A stretch of 64,000 bases of DNA from an uncultured Lachnospiraceae bacterium (GCA_964368755.1 CAYJCR010000005.1:7280-71279); one strand, 5' to 3'. Numbered from the stretch's first letter, positions 46,911-56,696 are shown. The notes: generated by a model from the sequence alone, not told the origin. A program made the numbers and translations.

Positions 46911-48213
46911 TAATGAAGTAACAATCATTGGTGGTGGTCTCGCAGGTTGCGAGGCTGCTTATCAACTTGCTAAGCGTGGTGTGAAGGTCAAGCTTTTTGA
47001 GATGAAGCCGAATAAAAAAACTCCTGCACATAAGTCGAATAACTTAGCAGAACTTGTATGTAGCAACTCTCTTAAATCAAAAGAATTGACTACTGCGTCT
47101 GGGTTACTCAAGGCTGAGTTGAAATTATTGGATAGCCTTGTACTTGATTGTGCATACCAGACCGTAGTAGATGCTGGCGGAGCGCTTGCTGTTGATAGAG
47201 ACAAGTTCAGTGAATTAGTAACAAAAAAGATACGTAGTTATGATAATATAACTATAATAAATGATGAAGTTGTGTCGGTGCCTGAGAATGAAGTCTGTAT
47301 AGTGGCTTCAGGGCCATTGACATCGGAAGGTTTGTCGAATAACCTACAAAAGATTCTTGGTAGTGATTATTTATACTTCTATGACGCTTGCTCTCCAATT
47401 GTTGATTATGCTACAATTGATATGAGTAGAGCATTTGTTGCAGATAGATATGGTAAAGGCAACGGTGACTATGTCAATTGTCCAATGACAAGAGAAGAGT
47501 ATCAGAACTTTTGGTCAGAACTAGTTAGTGCCAAAAGAGTCGAATTGAAGACCTTTGAAGATATCAAAGTATTTGAAGGTTGTATGCCGGTTGAAGTGAT
47601 GGCAGATCGAGGAGAGAATACTTTGAGATTCGGTCCTCTAAAACCTGTTGGCATAACCAATCCTGATGGAACGAAGCCTTATGCTGTTGTACAGTTGCGC
47701 AAAGAAGACAACTACAATAAGTTGTACAATCTTGTTGGATTTCAGACCAATCTAACTTTTGGTGAGCAGAAGAGAGTATTCGGGCTAATACCTGCTCTCA
47801 AAGATGCTGAATATGTAAGATATGGTGTAATGCATCGCAATACATTTGTCAATGCACCAACAGTAATGCGGAATACTATGCAGACAAAGATAAAAGATTC
47901 ATTGTTCGTGGCTGGACAATTGAGTGGAGTAGAAGGGTATCTTGAGAGTGTAGGCAGTGGTCTTATTGCAGGAATCAATGCTTACAACTATATCAACGAT
48001 AAAGATATGTTTGTGCTTCCTTCCACTACAACACTTGGTTCGCTTATTAAGTATATCTGCAATGCAGAACCATCTAAGTTCCAACCTATACACGTCAACT
48101 TCGGGATAATTGATGGTCTTGATCACAATATCCGTGATGAAAAGTTAAGAAAGCAAGCATTGGCGAATAAATCGCTTGAAGATATAACAAAACTAATTAA
48201 GGAGATAGAATAA
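46900..48213 (+). CDS. trmFO: Methylenetetrahydrofolate--tRNA-(uracil-5-)-methyltransferase
   Basis: FAD fingerprint [18 protein letters not shown] and [14 protein letters not shown]. Start moved to ATG 46900, overlapping topA by 11 nt. Confidence 0.94.
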   Translation: MRNNNEVTIIGGGLAGCEAAYQLAKRGVKVKLFEMKPNKKTPAHKSNNLAELVCSNSLKSKELTTASGLLKAELKLLDSLVLDCAYQTVVDAGGALAVDRDKFSELVTKKIRSYDNITIINDEVVSVPENEVCIVASGPLTSEGLSNNLQKILGSDYLYFYDACSPIVDYATIDMSRAFVADRYGKGNGDYVNCPMTREEYQNFWSELVSAKRVELKTFEDIKVFEGCMPVEVMADRGENTLRFGPLKPVGITNPDGTKPYAVVQLRKEDNYNKLYNLVGFQTNLTFGEQKRVFGLIPALKDAEYVRYGVMHRNTFVNAPTVMRNTMQTKIKDSLFVAGQLSGVEGYLESVGSGLIAGINAYNYINDKDMFVLPSTTTLGSLIKYICNAEPSKFQPIHVNFGIIDGLDHNIRDEKLRKQALANKSLEDITKLIKEIE

Positions 48214-48749
48214 TGGATGAGTTTAAGGGGACAACGATAGTAGCAGTCAAGAAGAACGGTAAGACTGCAATCGCTGGAGATGGACAGGTAACGATACAGA
48301 ATAGTGTGATATTCAAGAATAATGCAGTCAAAGTAAGAAGATTGTACAATGACAAGGTGGTTGTTGGATTTGCTGGATCTGTTGCAGATGCATTCGCACT
48401 TAGTTCTAGATTTGAGGATATGCTCAATAAGTTCTCTGGCAATTTGATGAGAAGTGCTGTAGAGCTTGCTCAACTATGGAGACTTGATAAGGCATTGCGT
48501 AAACTTGAAGCTATGCTAATAGTTGCTGATAGCGAGAAGTTACTTATTATCTCTGGTATGGGAGATGTTATCGAGCCAGAAGAAGGGATATGTGCTATTG
48601 GTTCTGGTGGCAACTATGCACTTGCTGCTGCCACAGCACTTGCTCGCAATACTGATATGCAAGCAAAAGATATTGCACTTAAAGCTATGGAGATAGCATC
48701 ATCAATATGCGTATTCACTAATACACACTTCACAGTTGAGGAGGTATAA
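48213..48749 (+). CDS. hslV: ATP-dependent protease subunit HslV
   Basis: N-terminal [11 protein letters not shown] (catalytic Thr), [17 protein letters not shown]. Confidence 0.96.
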   Translation: MDEFKGTTIVAVKKNGKTAIAGDGQVTIQNSVIFKNNAVKVRRLYNDKVVVGFAGSVADAFALSSRFEDMLNKFSGNLMRSAVELAQLWRLDKALRKLEAMLIVADSEKLLIISGMGDVIEPEEGICAIGSGGNYALAAATALARNTDMQAKDIALKAMEIASSICVFTNTHFTVEEV

Positions 48750-48753
48750 TACA

Positions 48754-50073
48754 ATGAATTTGTCACCAAAAGATATAGTATCAGAATTGGACAAATATAT
48801 TATTGGTCAAGATAAGGCCAAAAGAGCAGTAGCAATAGCACTTAGGAATAGATACCGTAGAAGCAAATTGTCTAGTTCAATGAAAGAAGAAATAACTCCA
48901 AAGAACATTATCTTGAAAGGACCAACTGGTGTTGGTAAGACAGAGATTGCTAGGAGACTTGCAAGGCTTGTCAAAGCACCTTTTGTCAAAGTTGAGGCAA
49001 CTAAGTATACCGAAGTTGGTTATGTTGGTAGAGATGTAGAGAGTATGATAAGAGACCTTGTTGAGGTCGCAGTACGTTTGGTCAAAGAAGAGAAAATCAA
49101 TGAAGTGGCTGAAAAAGTTAAGCCAATCGTAGATAAAAAGCTCTTTGATGCAATATATCCACTTAAGAAAGTAACAACTGATACAACTGATATCGAGAAT
49201 GAACAGTTCAGAGAAGATGTTAAGCAAAGACTTGAAGAAGGCGTGTATGATGACGAGATGATCGAGATAGAAGTCAAAGAAGCTCCTAAGGCTATCGAGA
49301 TGGTTCCTGGTATGGGAGAAGGCATCAATCTTGGAGAAGTCTTCGGTGGAATATTCCCATCTAAGAAGAAAAAAAGAAAATTATCTATCAAGCAAGCTCG
49401 TGCTATTATGACTCAGGAAGAGAGTGACAAACTTATTGACTTTGATAATGTTAATAGTGAAGCAATAACAAGAGCTGAACAAGAAGGAATAATATTCATT
49501 GATGAGATAGACAAGATAGCTGGTAAGGGTGGCAACAGTAGTGGCCCAGAAGTCAGCAGAGAAGGTGTTCAGAGAGATATTCTTCCAATTGTTGAGGGTT
49601 GTACAGTAACGACCAAATACGGAGTCATCAGGACAGATTATATATTGTTTATAGCAGCAGGAGCATTCCATATATCTAAGGTAGAAGATTTGATTCCTGA
49701 ACTTCAAGGTAGATTCCCTATAAGAGTTGAACTTGATAACCTTACTGCAAAAGAGTTCTATAGAATATTGACTGAGCCAAAGAACGCACTTATATTGCAG
49801 TATAATGAATTGCTCAAAGTTGATAATATCAATCTAATATTCAAACCTGATGCTCTTAAAGAAATTGCTGCATATGCAGAGAGTGAGAATGAAACAAGCG
49901 AGAACCTTGGTGCTAGACGTCTTCATACCATTATGGAGATAATTATAGAAGACATAAGCTTCAATGCAAACGGGGCTCATCCAATGCTTGATGTCAACAT
50001 TGATAAAGATTATGTAGAGAATAGACTCACAAAGATTGTCAAAGAACATGACCTTCGCAAGTATGTATTGTAG
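48754..50073 (+). CDS. hslU: ATP-dependent protease ATPase subunit HslU
   Basis: Walker A GPTGVGKTEIARRLA, Walker B IIFIDEIDKIA, sensor GARRLHT. Start moved to ATG 48754, behind GAGGAGG. Confidence 0.96.
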   Translation: MNLSPKDIVSELDKYIIGQDKAKRAVAIALRNRYRRSKLSSSMKEEITPKNIILKGPTGVGKTEIARRLARLVKAPFVKVEATKYTEVGYVGRDVESMIRDLVEVAVRLVKEEKINEVAEKVKPIVDKKLFDAIYPLKKVTTDTTDIENEQFREDVKQRLEEGVYDDEMIEIEVKEAPKAIEMVPGMGEGINLGEVFGGIFPSKKKKRKLSIKQARAIMTQEESDKLIDFDNVNSEAITRAEQEGIIFIDEIDKIAGKGGNSSGPEVSREGVQRDILPIVEGCTVTTKYGVIRTDYILFIAAGAFHISKVEDLIPELQGRFPIRVELDNLTAKEFYRILTEPKNALILQYNELLKVDNINLIFKPDALKEIAAYAESENETSENLGARRLHTIMEIIIEDISFNANGAHPMLDVNIDKDYVENRLTKIVKEHDLRKYVL

Positions 50074-50082
50074 GAGCAAATA

Positions 50083-50757
50083 ATGATATTTGATAGGACA
50101 CAAAAATTATTGGGACAAAATAATTTGCAAAAATTAGCAAATAGTAATATAATCATATTTGGGATAGGTGGTGTCGGTGGTTATGTAGCCGAGATGCTAG
50201 CAAGATGTGGTGTTGGACACTTGACTCTTGTGGATTTTGACAAAGTGACCGATACTAATATCAACCGTCAGATAATTGCATTGCATTCAACCATAGGCAG
50301 ATACAAAGTTGATGTAATGAAGGAGAGAATATCTGATATCAATCCTGATTGTATTGTGCAGACTGTTGCATCCAAAGTCGATGCTACCAATGTTGGACAA
50401 TTATTATCCAAGGCATATGACTATGCTATAGATGCGATAGACAGTGCAGTAGATAAGGCTGATCTGATAGAATGTGCCTCAAAGAGTGGCTTATCGATAA
50501 TCTCAGCACTTGGTGCTGGCAATAGATATAGAAGACCGGAGTTCAAAGTATGCGACATATACAAGACTACGAACGATGGATTAGCCAAGAAGATGCGCAA
50601 ACTTCTTCGTGATAGGGGAGTAGAAACTCTCAAAGTTGTCTATACTGATGAGACCCCGAATAAGACCGAACAGGTTACAAGTATTGTGTACTATCCAGCC
50701 ATGTGTGGTTGTTTGATTAGTAGTGAAGTTGTCAATGATTTGATAACTAAAAAATAA
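50083..50757 (+). CDS. tcdA: tRNA threonylcarbamoyladenosine dehydratase (ThiF/E1-like)
   Basis: IIIFGIGGVGGYVAEMLARCGVGHLTLVDFD...NINRQ. Confidence 0.85.
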   Translation: MIFDRTQKLLGQNNLQKLANSNIIIFGIGGVGGYVAEMLARCGVGHLTLVDFDKVTDTNINRQIIALHSTIGRYKVDVMKERISDINPDCIVQTVASKVDATNVGQLLSKAYDYAIDAIDSAVDKADLIECASKSGLSIISALGAGNRYRRPEFKVCDIYKTTNDGLAKKMRKLLRDRGVETLKVVYTDETPNKTEQVTSIVYYPAMCGCLISSEVVNDLITKK

Positions 50758-50778
50758 TTTTTTTGTAGGAGAAAAAGA

Positions 50779-51099
50779 ATGAAAGAGATATTGCATGTCA
50801 ATAATGACAATTTTGAAGAGCTTGTTAAGAAGAATAAAGGTCTCGTATTGCTAGATTTTTACGCAACATGGTGTGGGCCTTGCAAGATGCTAAGCCCAAT
50901 ACTTGAACAAGTCAACGAAGAGTGCTCTGATATTACTGTAGCCAAACTTGATGTTGATGAAGGACTCAAAGTAGCCAAAGAATTCGGTGTTATGAGTGTC
51001 CCAACTACAATAGTATTTGTCAATGGTGTGGAGAAGGAACGTATGGTTGGTCTTCGCCAAAAAGCACAGATTATTGAATGTGCAAAAAAATATTTATAA
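50779..51099 (+). CDS. trxA: Thioredoxin
   Basis: WCGPC active site in DFYATWCGPCKML. Confidence 0.95.
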   Translation: MKEILHVNNDNFEELVKKNKGLVLLDFYATWCGPCKMLSPILEQVNEECSDITVAKLDVDEGLKVAKEFGVMSVPTTIVFVNGVEKERMVGLRQKAQIIECAKKYL

Positions 51100-51115
51100 A
51101 ATGATTTGAAAGGGA

Positions 51116-51144
51116 TTGACTTTGTTTCAATCCCATGTTATTAT
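51116..51144 (+). promoter_or_regulatory. Sigma-A-like promoter of Rrf2-nifS-nifU, overlapped by an 8-bp-arm palindrome
   Basis: TTGACT (51116-51121), 17 nt, TATTAT (51139-51144). GGGATTGA (51112-51119) / TCAATCCC (51127-51134). Confidence 0.5.
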
Positions 51145-51175
51145 TTAGATATCAGACCAAAAAGGTAGGATTTGA

Positions 51176-51598
51176 ATGAAGTTTTCTGCAAAATGCCGAT
51201 ATGGCCTCAAAGCGATGTATGTACTAGGAGAGAATTATGGTAACTCTGTTTCACTTGGACAACTTTCAAGTGGGAGTGGAGTACCAGAAGCCTTCTTGGA
51301 GAAGATACTAAGGTCTCTCAAGAAAGGTGGTTTTGTTTCTTCTAACCGCGGCGCTAATGGTGGATATTTTCTTAGTTATCCGCCACAATATATTACAATA
51401 GGACAGATACTCAAGTGTCTAGAGAAGCATTTGTTTGAAAGTGAATGTACTGATGGCAAATGTACGAATAAGCATTGTCCCAACAAGAGTGTCTTCGGTG
51501 CAATATATGGTAGTATTAGTACATTGCTAGACAATATGACGTTGGAACAGATAATTTCACAAAAAGGAGATAATAATGAGAAAAGTTTATGTAGATAA
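51176..51598 (+). CDS. Rrf2 family transcriptional regulator (IscR/CymR-like)
   Basis: CRYGLKAMYVLGENYG...LSSGSGVPEAFLEKILRSLKKGGFVSSNRGANGGY winged helix; Cys-rich C-terminal part (CTDGKCTNKHC). Confidence 0.9.
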   Translation: MKFSAKCRYGLKAMYVLGENYGNSVSLGQLSSGSGVPEAFLEKILRSLKKGGFVSSNRGANGGYFLSYPPQYITIGQILKCLEKHLFESECTDGKCTNKHCPNKSVFGAIYGSISTLLDNMTLEQIISQKGDNNEKSLCR

Positions 51599-52748
51599 TG
51601 CAGCAACTACATATGTATCAAATGAAGTTTTGACTGAAATGTTGCCTATATTCAATACAACTTTTGGCAACCCAAGCAGCTTGCATAGTTTTGGTAGAGA
51701 TGCTGTTGCAGAACTAGACAAAGCAAGAGACAAGGTAGCTAAGGCTATCAATGCTAAGCCTAGTGAGATATATTTTACGAGTGGTGGTACTGAGGCAAAT
51801 AACTGGGCCATATATGGTATCGCTATGGCCAATCGTAACAAAGGCAATCATATAATAACTTCAAGTATTGAGCATCATTCTATTCTTGCTACTTGTAAGT
51901 TCTTAGAGACACAAGGATTCAGAGTAACTTATCTTCCAGTAGATGAGTATGGACTAGTAAGCATACCTGACCTTCTTCACAACCTAGATGAAGATACTAT
52001 TCTTGTCTCTATAATGGGAGCCAATAACGAGATAGGAACAATACAGAATATCCACACAATCGCTAAGATTGCTCATGAGAAGAATGTGATATTCCATACC
52101 GACTGTGTACAAGCAATTGGTGCTGTTAATATAGATGTACAAGCTATGGAGATAGATGCATTGTCCCTCAGCGCACACAAATTGTATGGACCTAAGGGAA
52201 TGGGTGCTCTATATGTGAAGAGTGGTATTAAGATTGACAATCTTATTCATGGTGGCAATCAAGAGAAAGGCAAACGTGGAGGTACAGTCAACGTTGTATC
52301 TGCTGTTGGTCTTGGCAAAGCTATTGAGATAGCTACAAGAGATTTGGCAGTCAACTGTAAGAAGCTTAGAAGTATGAGAGAATACTTCATAGCAGAACTT
52401 AACAAAAGATTAACCAATTTCCGTGTCAATGGACATCCTGCACAACATTTGCCAGGGCTTGTTAATGTATCCTTTGAATACATAGAAGGAGAGTCTTTGA
52501 TGATGTTACTTGATCTTGCAGGTATAGCAGTATCTACAGGGTCCGCTTGTTCTTCTGGTTCATTAGAGAGATCACACGTGCTTACAGCAATAGGTTTGCC
52601 AGCTGAGATATCTCAGGGTTCAATAAGATTTTCTTTCGGCAAATCAACAACTAAGGAAGAAATTAACTATGTCCTTGACCAATTAGAGAAGAATGTTAAG
52701 AAGTTGCGTGAGATGTCACCACTTACTAAGAAAAAAGGAGCAAAATAA
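51576..52748 (+). CDS. nifS: Cysteine desulfurase (NifS/IscS type)
   Basis: VYVDNAATT, PLP-Lys SAHKLYGPKG, catalytic loop GSACSSG. Confidence 0.95.
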   Translation: MRKVYVDNAATTYVSNEVLTEMLPIFNTTFGNPSSLHSFGRDAVAELDKARDKVAKAINAKPSEIYFTSGGTEANNWAIYGIAMANRNKGNHIITSSIEHHSILATCKFLETQGFRVTYLPVDEYGLVSIPDLLHNLDEDTILVSIMGANNEIGTIQNIHTIAKIAHEKNVIFHTDCVQAIGAVNIDVQAMEIDALSLSAHKLYGPKGMGALYVKSGIKIDNLIHGGNQEKGKRGGTVNVVSAVGLGKAIEIATRDLAVNCKKLRSMREYFIAELNKRLTNFRVNGHPAQHLPGLVNVSFEYIEGESLMMLLDLAGIAVSTGSACSSGSLERSHVLTAIGLPAEISQGSIRFSFGKSTTKEEINYVLDQLEKNVKKLREMSPLTKKKGAK

Positions 52749-52750
52749 TT

Positions 52751-53158
52751 ATGTATACACAAAAAATAATGGAAATGTTCCAAAACCCAAAGAATGTAGG
52801 CGCAATACGTGGGGCTAGTGGTATAGGTAAGGTTGGCAATCCAGTATGTGGCGATATAATGAATGTTTATCTCAAGATCGAAGATGGTGTTATTGTGGAT
52901 GCCAAATTCAAGACTTTTGGTTGCGTTGCTGCAATAGTATCTTCATCTGTTGCTTGTGAGCTTATCAAAGGTAAGACAATTGAGGAAGCAAAACAAATCA
53001 CCAACAAACAGGTTCTTGATATGGTAGGGCCATTGCCAGCTAATAAGATACACTGTTCGATCCTTGCTGAAGAAGCAATCGGTGAAGCTATCAAAGATTA
53101 TTATAAGAGACTTGATAGAGAGAAGAAACGTCTTGAGAAGGCAAAGGCATCTAAGTAA
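52751..53158 (+). CDS. nifU: Fe-S cluster assembly scaffold (NifU/IscU type)
   Basis: Three ligand Cys (GNPVCGD, FGCVAA, IHCS). Confidence 0.94.
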   Translation: MYTQKIMEMFQNPKNVGAIRGASGIGKVGNPVCGDIMNVYLKIEDGVIVDAKFKTFGCVAAIVSSSVACELIKGKTIEEAKQITNKQVLDMVGPLPANKIHCSILAEEAIGEAIKDYYKRLDREKKRLEKAKASK

Positions 53159-53214
53159 TAACGAAATATTAGCATAACTGTTATGGCTTTTGAGTCCAGC
53201 TAGTTTTATAATAT

Positions 53215-53251
53215 AAGAACACTCTACAAACACGTAAAGTGTTCTTTTTTT
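53215..53251 (+). terminator. Intrinsic terminator of the nifSU operon
   Basis: AAGAACACT (53215-53223) / AGTGTTCTT (53238-53246) followed by a T-run. Confidence 0.8.
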
Positions 53252-53404
53252 GTTAATATCAAAAATAAATAATCGGTAGTCAATACTTTTGGACAATTGT
53301 TATAATATTATAACTATAGTATTAATTATTTGCCCATTGTTATTATTTGCCATAATAATCTTTGCGATATTGTCACAAGATAATACCGTAAAGGAGGTAA
53401 ACAA

Positions 53405-53584
53405 ATGAAAGATTGTTTGATTCTTGGTATGTGCGTGGGCTTTGTTGCAGGTACTGTATTTGCTTCCATGTATAAGCCAGCAAGAGAAGTGGTGAAGAAA
53501 AGCACAGATGCAGTGCTAGAACAAGTGAATGAAATGCATAGCAAGCCCGAGCAGAAGAAGACAAAAGAGCAAGCTAAGCAATAA
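53405..53584 (+). CDS. Small membrane protein (59 aa), not in the ORF track
   Basis: ATG 53405, behind AAGGAGG. MKDCLILGMCVGFVAGTVFASMY TM helix followed by a Lys/Glu-rich tail; a terminator follows. Confidence 0.6.
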   Translation: MKDCLILGMCVGFVAGTVFASMYKPAREVVKKSTDAVLEQVNEMHSKPEQKKTKEQAKQ

Positions 53585-53606
53585 TAATAAAAGCATATAT
53601 GTTCGC

Positions 53607-53638
53607 AGAGGTAGTCAAAGGAGACTGCCTCTAATTTT
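53607..53638 (+). terminator. Intrinsic terminator
   Basis: 10-bp stem AGAGGTAGTC (53607-53616) / GACTGCCTCT (53623-53632), then AATTTT. Confidence 0.65.
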
Positions 53639-53698
53639 GTATGTCTTAATCGTAGAGAAATGCATATAATTGGCCCATATTTTTGTGCAAATATACTA

Positions 53699-53727
53699 TT
53701 GACAATATTGTCAAAAGATGTTATATT
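53699..53727 (+). promoter_or_regulatory. Sigma-A-like promoter of the 922-aa gene, with -35 inside a perfect 16-bp palindrome
   Basis: TTGACA (53699-53704), 17 nt, TATATT (53722-53727). Palindrome TTGACAATATTGTCAA at 53699-53714. Confidence 0.55.
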
Positions 53728-53760
53728 ATACACATAATAAATTTTAGGGGGAAAAATATT

Positions 53761-56529
53761 ATGGCAAGAAGAATGGTAACATTATCTGAAGAAGAGAAAA
53801 AAGAACAGGAGTCTATGGATAGCAAATTAGCTGAATTTTGTACTTCAGGAGAAGAAACTAATTTTACAAAAAATCCTAACTTCTTGAATTTACTTAACAG
53901 TTATTTGGACGGAAATAGAAGGGCAATATTATCTGAAAAAAGCATTGATGTGATTGTTAAAAGATATCCAGGCAAGATAGATGAAATTATAGAATATGGA
54001 CGTATTTGCGATCAATGTAGAGCTACAAATTCAGAATTTGCATATAAGTATTTTTTTGCTGTGGAAGATATGCGAACTCAAGACAACTTTGACTCATTGA
54101 TTGCAAAAGGTAAATATGAGGTTGCTTATGATAAGGTTGCAAAAAAGTTTTTAAAAGATTTCTTTGCGATAAAGGATGAAGAGAAACAGAAAATCAATGC
54201 AAACTCTTTTATAGCTGCAATGTTTGCAGGAGATGATGTTGAGGACCATGAAAAGGCACTTAGGTTACTTTCCGGCAAAGTTTTGAAAAAATATAGCAGA
54301 GATATTTGGTTCAGAATTCTTGCTAACAGCAATCCTGATATAGCAAAGAAGGTTTCTACTGTTATCATGAGCAACAATATATCACTTCCAAATAAATTAT
54401 TGAAAGATAAAGAATTTGTTCTTAATTTGTTTTCAGTAATTAATGAAGATGATGGTAGCTTATTAGTTACTCCAAATATTATCTCGCAGTTAGATGAAAA
54501 ATTGCGTAATGACAAAGCTTTTGTCGATAACCTTTTGGGCAAAATTAAAACAATAACATCATCGAATATCAATATATTAGCTGAGATAGGTGAGTATTGT
54601 GATGATTGTGATGCTAAGATTGCAAAAATTATTAATGATGGAATAAATAACGCATATAAAACTTTTACATCTGATAAAGCTACATCTGAAGCTAAAACAA
54701 AGGCATTAGCAGAAATTAAAGAAGCATATTCAAGAATTATTAGTGAAGAATCAATTTCGCCTGCATTTTTAGAGAATAAAGAATTCGTTTTAAATCTATT
54801 CTCATTAGAAATAGAAGGAAAAATGTTAGCTGATTCAAAAATAATATCAAGAATAAGCGATGAATTGTTTGATACTGAGGGAAAGTTCGTTGATAGCCTC
54901 TTGGGGAAAATAACTGTTTTGACTCCGTCAAATATAGCAATATTGTCAGAATTGAATAAGAAATCTAGTATGTATGGCACTAAGATAGCAAGTGTTATAA
55001 ACAATCAAATAAAAAGCGCATATGCAATCTATACATCAGAAGAAGCCACAACAGAAGCTAAAGAAAAAGCATTAAAAGAAATTAAAGATGCATATTCAGC
55101 AATTGTCAAAGATGAGAAGATCTCAAAATATATTAGTGCAGAGACTTCTAAAGCATTGTTAGATGTTGGAATAATAAAAGACGCAGAAGTAATATCTTCA
55201 GAAGCTAAAGCAGATATAATTAAAGAATCAATTCAAAAATCTAGTCAAAAAGCAAAAGCAACTGCTTCAGCATATGATGGAACTGCTGATTCGTCTAATG
55301 CAAGTACTTTTGATCAAACCATTGCTCCAGTAATAGGTTTGAGCAAAATAGGTGAAGCAAAAGCATTAATTGAAACTGCAGAAGCTTTTAAAGCAGTGGT
55401 AGATGAGCCATATAAAGCCGAAGATTATTATACATCTCACTATGATATTAGTCTTACTGTTGATGGGAAACCAATTACTGTTAAATCAGAAGCCCAACTT
55501 GAATCAAAAGAATATACAAGAATAGCAATTGATCAAGCTGGAGAAGGTAAAGATCCGACTACTAGAGATGTTGAAGGTAAAATTGTATCAAAGGCAATCT
55601 ATCATGTAGTAGTAGATGGCAAGCCGGAAGATATTGCTCAAGAAAATTTAGAAATAAATGGCGCTTGTTGGGCAACGACTGATAACGCAGGTGAAGTTAC
55701 TTATACAGAACCCGGAGCTAATAAACCAAGAAAGAAATCAACAATAAAAAGTATCGTTCAAGTATACAAAGCAACTAAAACTGAGGGTGAGACCAAAACT
55801 GTTGTATATTATGAGTCTAAGCCAATAGAGATGAATGTGTCTACTGTAGGTGATGAGACAATATATTTCTATGGAGATCCTACTACTGTGCACAAAATAG
55901 AAGTCGATGGAATAACTTACGAATCTTCTACTCTAGCTACTTGTTCCACCAAACAAGTTGAATATAATGATGATAATCCTCTTAGTAAAGCTATTAAAGG
56001 AATTAAGAAAGAAGTTTTACTTGATGGAGATGCTGCTAAGTGTGTAGCAAAATTGATTACTGCAGCTGCAATTGAGATTGCCACAAAAAAACAGCCAGAA
56101 GGTTCTGATGTAATCGATAATGATGGTCTAATTGCAATATTTAGAGCTTCAACATATTCTCAGGCTCAACTTCTTCAAAGTATATCGGCTAGTGCTACAA
56201 CTGAATTAACAGCTTTGAACAATGGTTTGACTGAAGCCAATAATAGGACAAAGCAACAAAAAGAGGCCAAAGCTAAGGCACTTGCTGATCAGAGAGTAAG
56301 AAATGCTATAATTGGAGCATTATTGAGAAGAGAAGCAATACCTTCTGTAATAACTGATACTGTTGCTGATGAAAGTGAAAATGATGAAGAAGATAGACCT
56401 ATAGATCCTAATGTAGTAGTTCCTGTAGATAAAATTGGAGATGCTGCTATCGATACTATGTTGGGTACTTATGAAGAGAAGTTAAGTTCTTACAAGGCTA
56501 AGCAAGAAAGCGCTCAAGGTGAAGAGTAA
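53761..56529 (+). CDS. Large hypothetical protein (922 aa) with two 123-aa tandem repeats; no family recognised
   Basis: Start moved to ATG 53761, behind GGGGGA. No signal peptide or TM segment seen. Own promoter and terminator. Lower GC and TTA/GAA-rich codon usage than the flanking genes. Confidence 0.8.
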   Translation: MARRMVTLSEEEKKEQESMDSKLAEFCTSGEETNFTKNPNFLNLLNSYLDGNRRAILSEKSIDVIVKRYPGKIDEIIEYGRICDQCRATNSEFAYKYFFAVEDMRTQDNFDSLIAKGKYEVAYDKVAKKFLKDFFAIKDEEKQKINANSFIAAMFAGDDVEDHEKALRLLSGKVLKKYSRDIWFRILANSNPDIAKKVSTVIMSNNISLPNKLLKDKEFVLNLFSVINEDDGSLLVTPNIISQLDEKLRNDKAFVDNLLGKIKTITSSNINILAEIGEYCDDCDAKIAKIINDGINNAYKTFTSDKATSEAKTKALAEIKEAYSRIISEESISPAFLENKEFVLNLFSLEIEGKMLADSKIISRISDELFDTEGKFVDSLLGKITVLTPSNIAILSELNKKSSMYGTKIASVINNQIKSAYAIYTSEEATTEAKEKALKEIKDAYSAIVKDEKISKYISAETSKALLDVGIIKDAEVISSEAKADIIKESIQKSSQKAKATASAYDGTADSSNASTFDQTIAPVIGLSKIGEAKALIETAEAFKAVVDEPYKAEDYYTSHYDISLTVDGKPITVKSEAQLESKEYTRIAIDQAGEGKDPTTRDVEGKIVSKAIYHVVVDGKPEDIAQENLEINGACWATTDNAGEVTYTEPGANKPRKKSTIKSIVQVYKATKTEGETKTVVYYESKPIEMNVSTVGDETIYFYGDPTTVHKIEVDGITYESSTLATCSTKQVEYNDDNPLSKAIKGIKKEVLLDGDAAKCVAKLITAAAIEIATKKQPEGSDVIDNDGLIAIFRASTYSQAQLLQSISASATTELTALNNGLTEANNRTKQQKEAKAKALADQRVRNAIIGALLRREAIPSVITDTVADESENDEEDRPIDPNVVVPVDKIGDAAIDTMLGTYEEKLSSYKAKQESAQGEE
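54409..55146 (+). repeat. Two tandem copies of a 369-nt (123-aa) coding repeat
   Basis: KEFVLNLFSV...FVDNLLGKIKTITSSNINILAEI...EAKTKALAEIKEAYSRII aligns with KEFVLNLFSL...FVDSLLGKITVLTPSNIAILSEL...EAKEKALKEIKDAYSAIV. The copies are diverged at the nucleotide level. Confidence 0.85.
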
Positions 56530-56567
56530 ACATTTTTCTTAAGCCAATAATAAAAGGAGATATTATT

Positions 56568-56696
56568 ATGACACAGAAAGAGTTTCAAGATGCTTTGAAT
56601 AAAAACTTGGAGAAGACTTACATAAAAATTGATGCAGTCCTTAACAAATATGAAAAGGATAAAAAAGCTTTATTAGATTCAAAAAAACAGAGATAA
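56568..56696 (+). CDS. Small Lys-rich protein (42 aa), not in the ORF track
   Basis: ATG 56568, behind AAGGAGA, 38 nt after the 922-aa gene. MTQKEFQDALNKNLEKTYIKIDAVLNKYEKDKKALLDSKKQR. The stop codon lies inside the terminator stem. Confidence 0.5.
   Translation: MTQKEFQDALNKNLEKTYIKIDAVLNKYEKDKKALLDSKKQR

Noticed and set aside
46377-46928. 183-aa minus-strand ORF in the topA 3' region
   Set aside because: It is antisense to the zinc-ribbon region of topA, and the plus-strand product is unambiguous.
53326-53733. 135-aa minus-strand ORF between nifU and the 922-aa gene
   Set aside because: It spans two promoters, a terminator and the RBS-supported plus-strand 59-aa gene. It has no RBS and a hydrophobic junk composition.
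54126-55004. 292-aa ORF antisense to the 922-aa gene, unusually long for an AT-rich genome
   Set aside because: It has no RBS or promoter context and its composition is low-complexity Ser/Leu/Ile/Phe. It mirrors the sense-strand repeat and is explained by the GAA/AAA-rich, TTA/CTA/TCA-poor phase of the sense gene. The sense frame has the RBS, promoter, terminator and a coherent domain structure.
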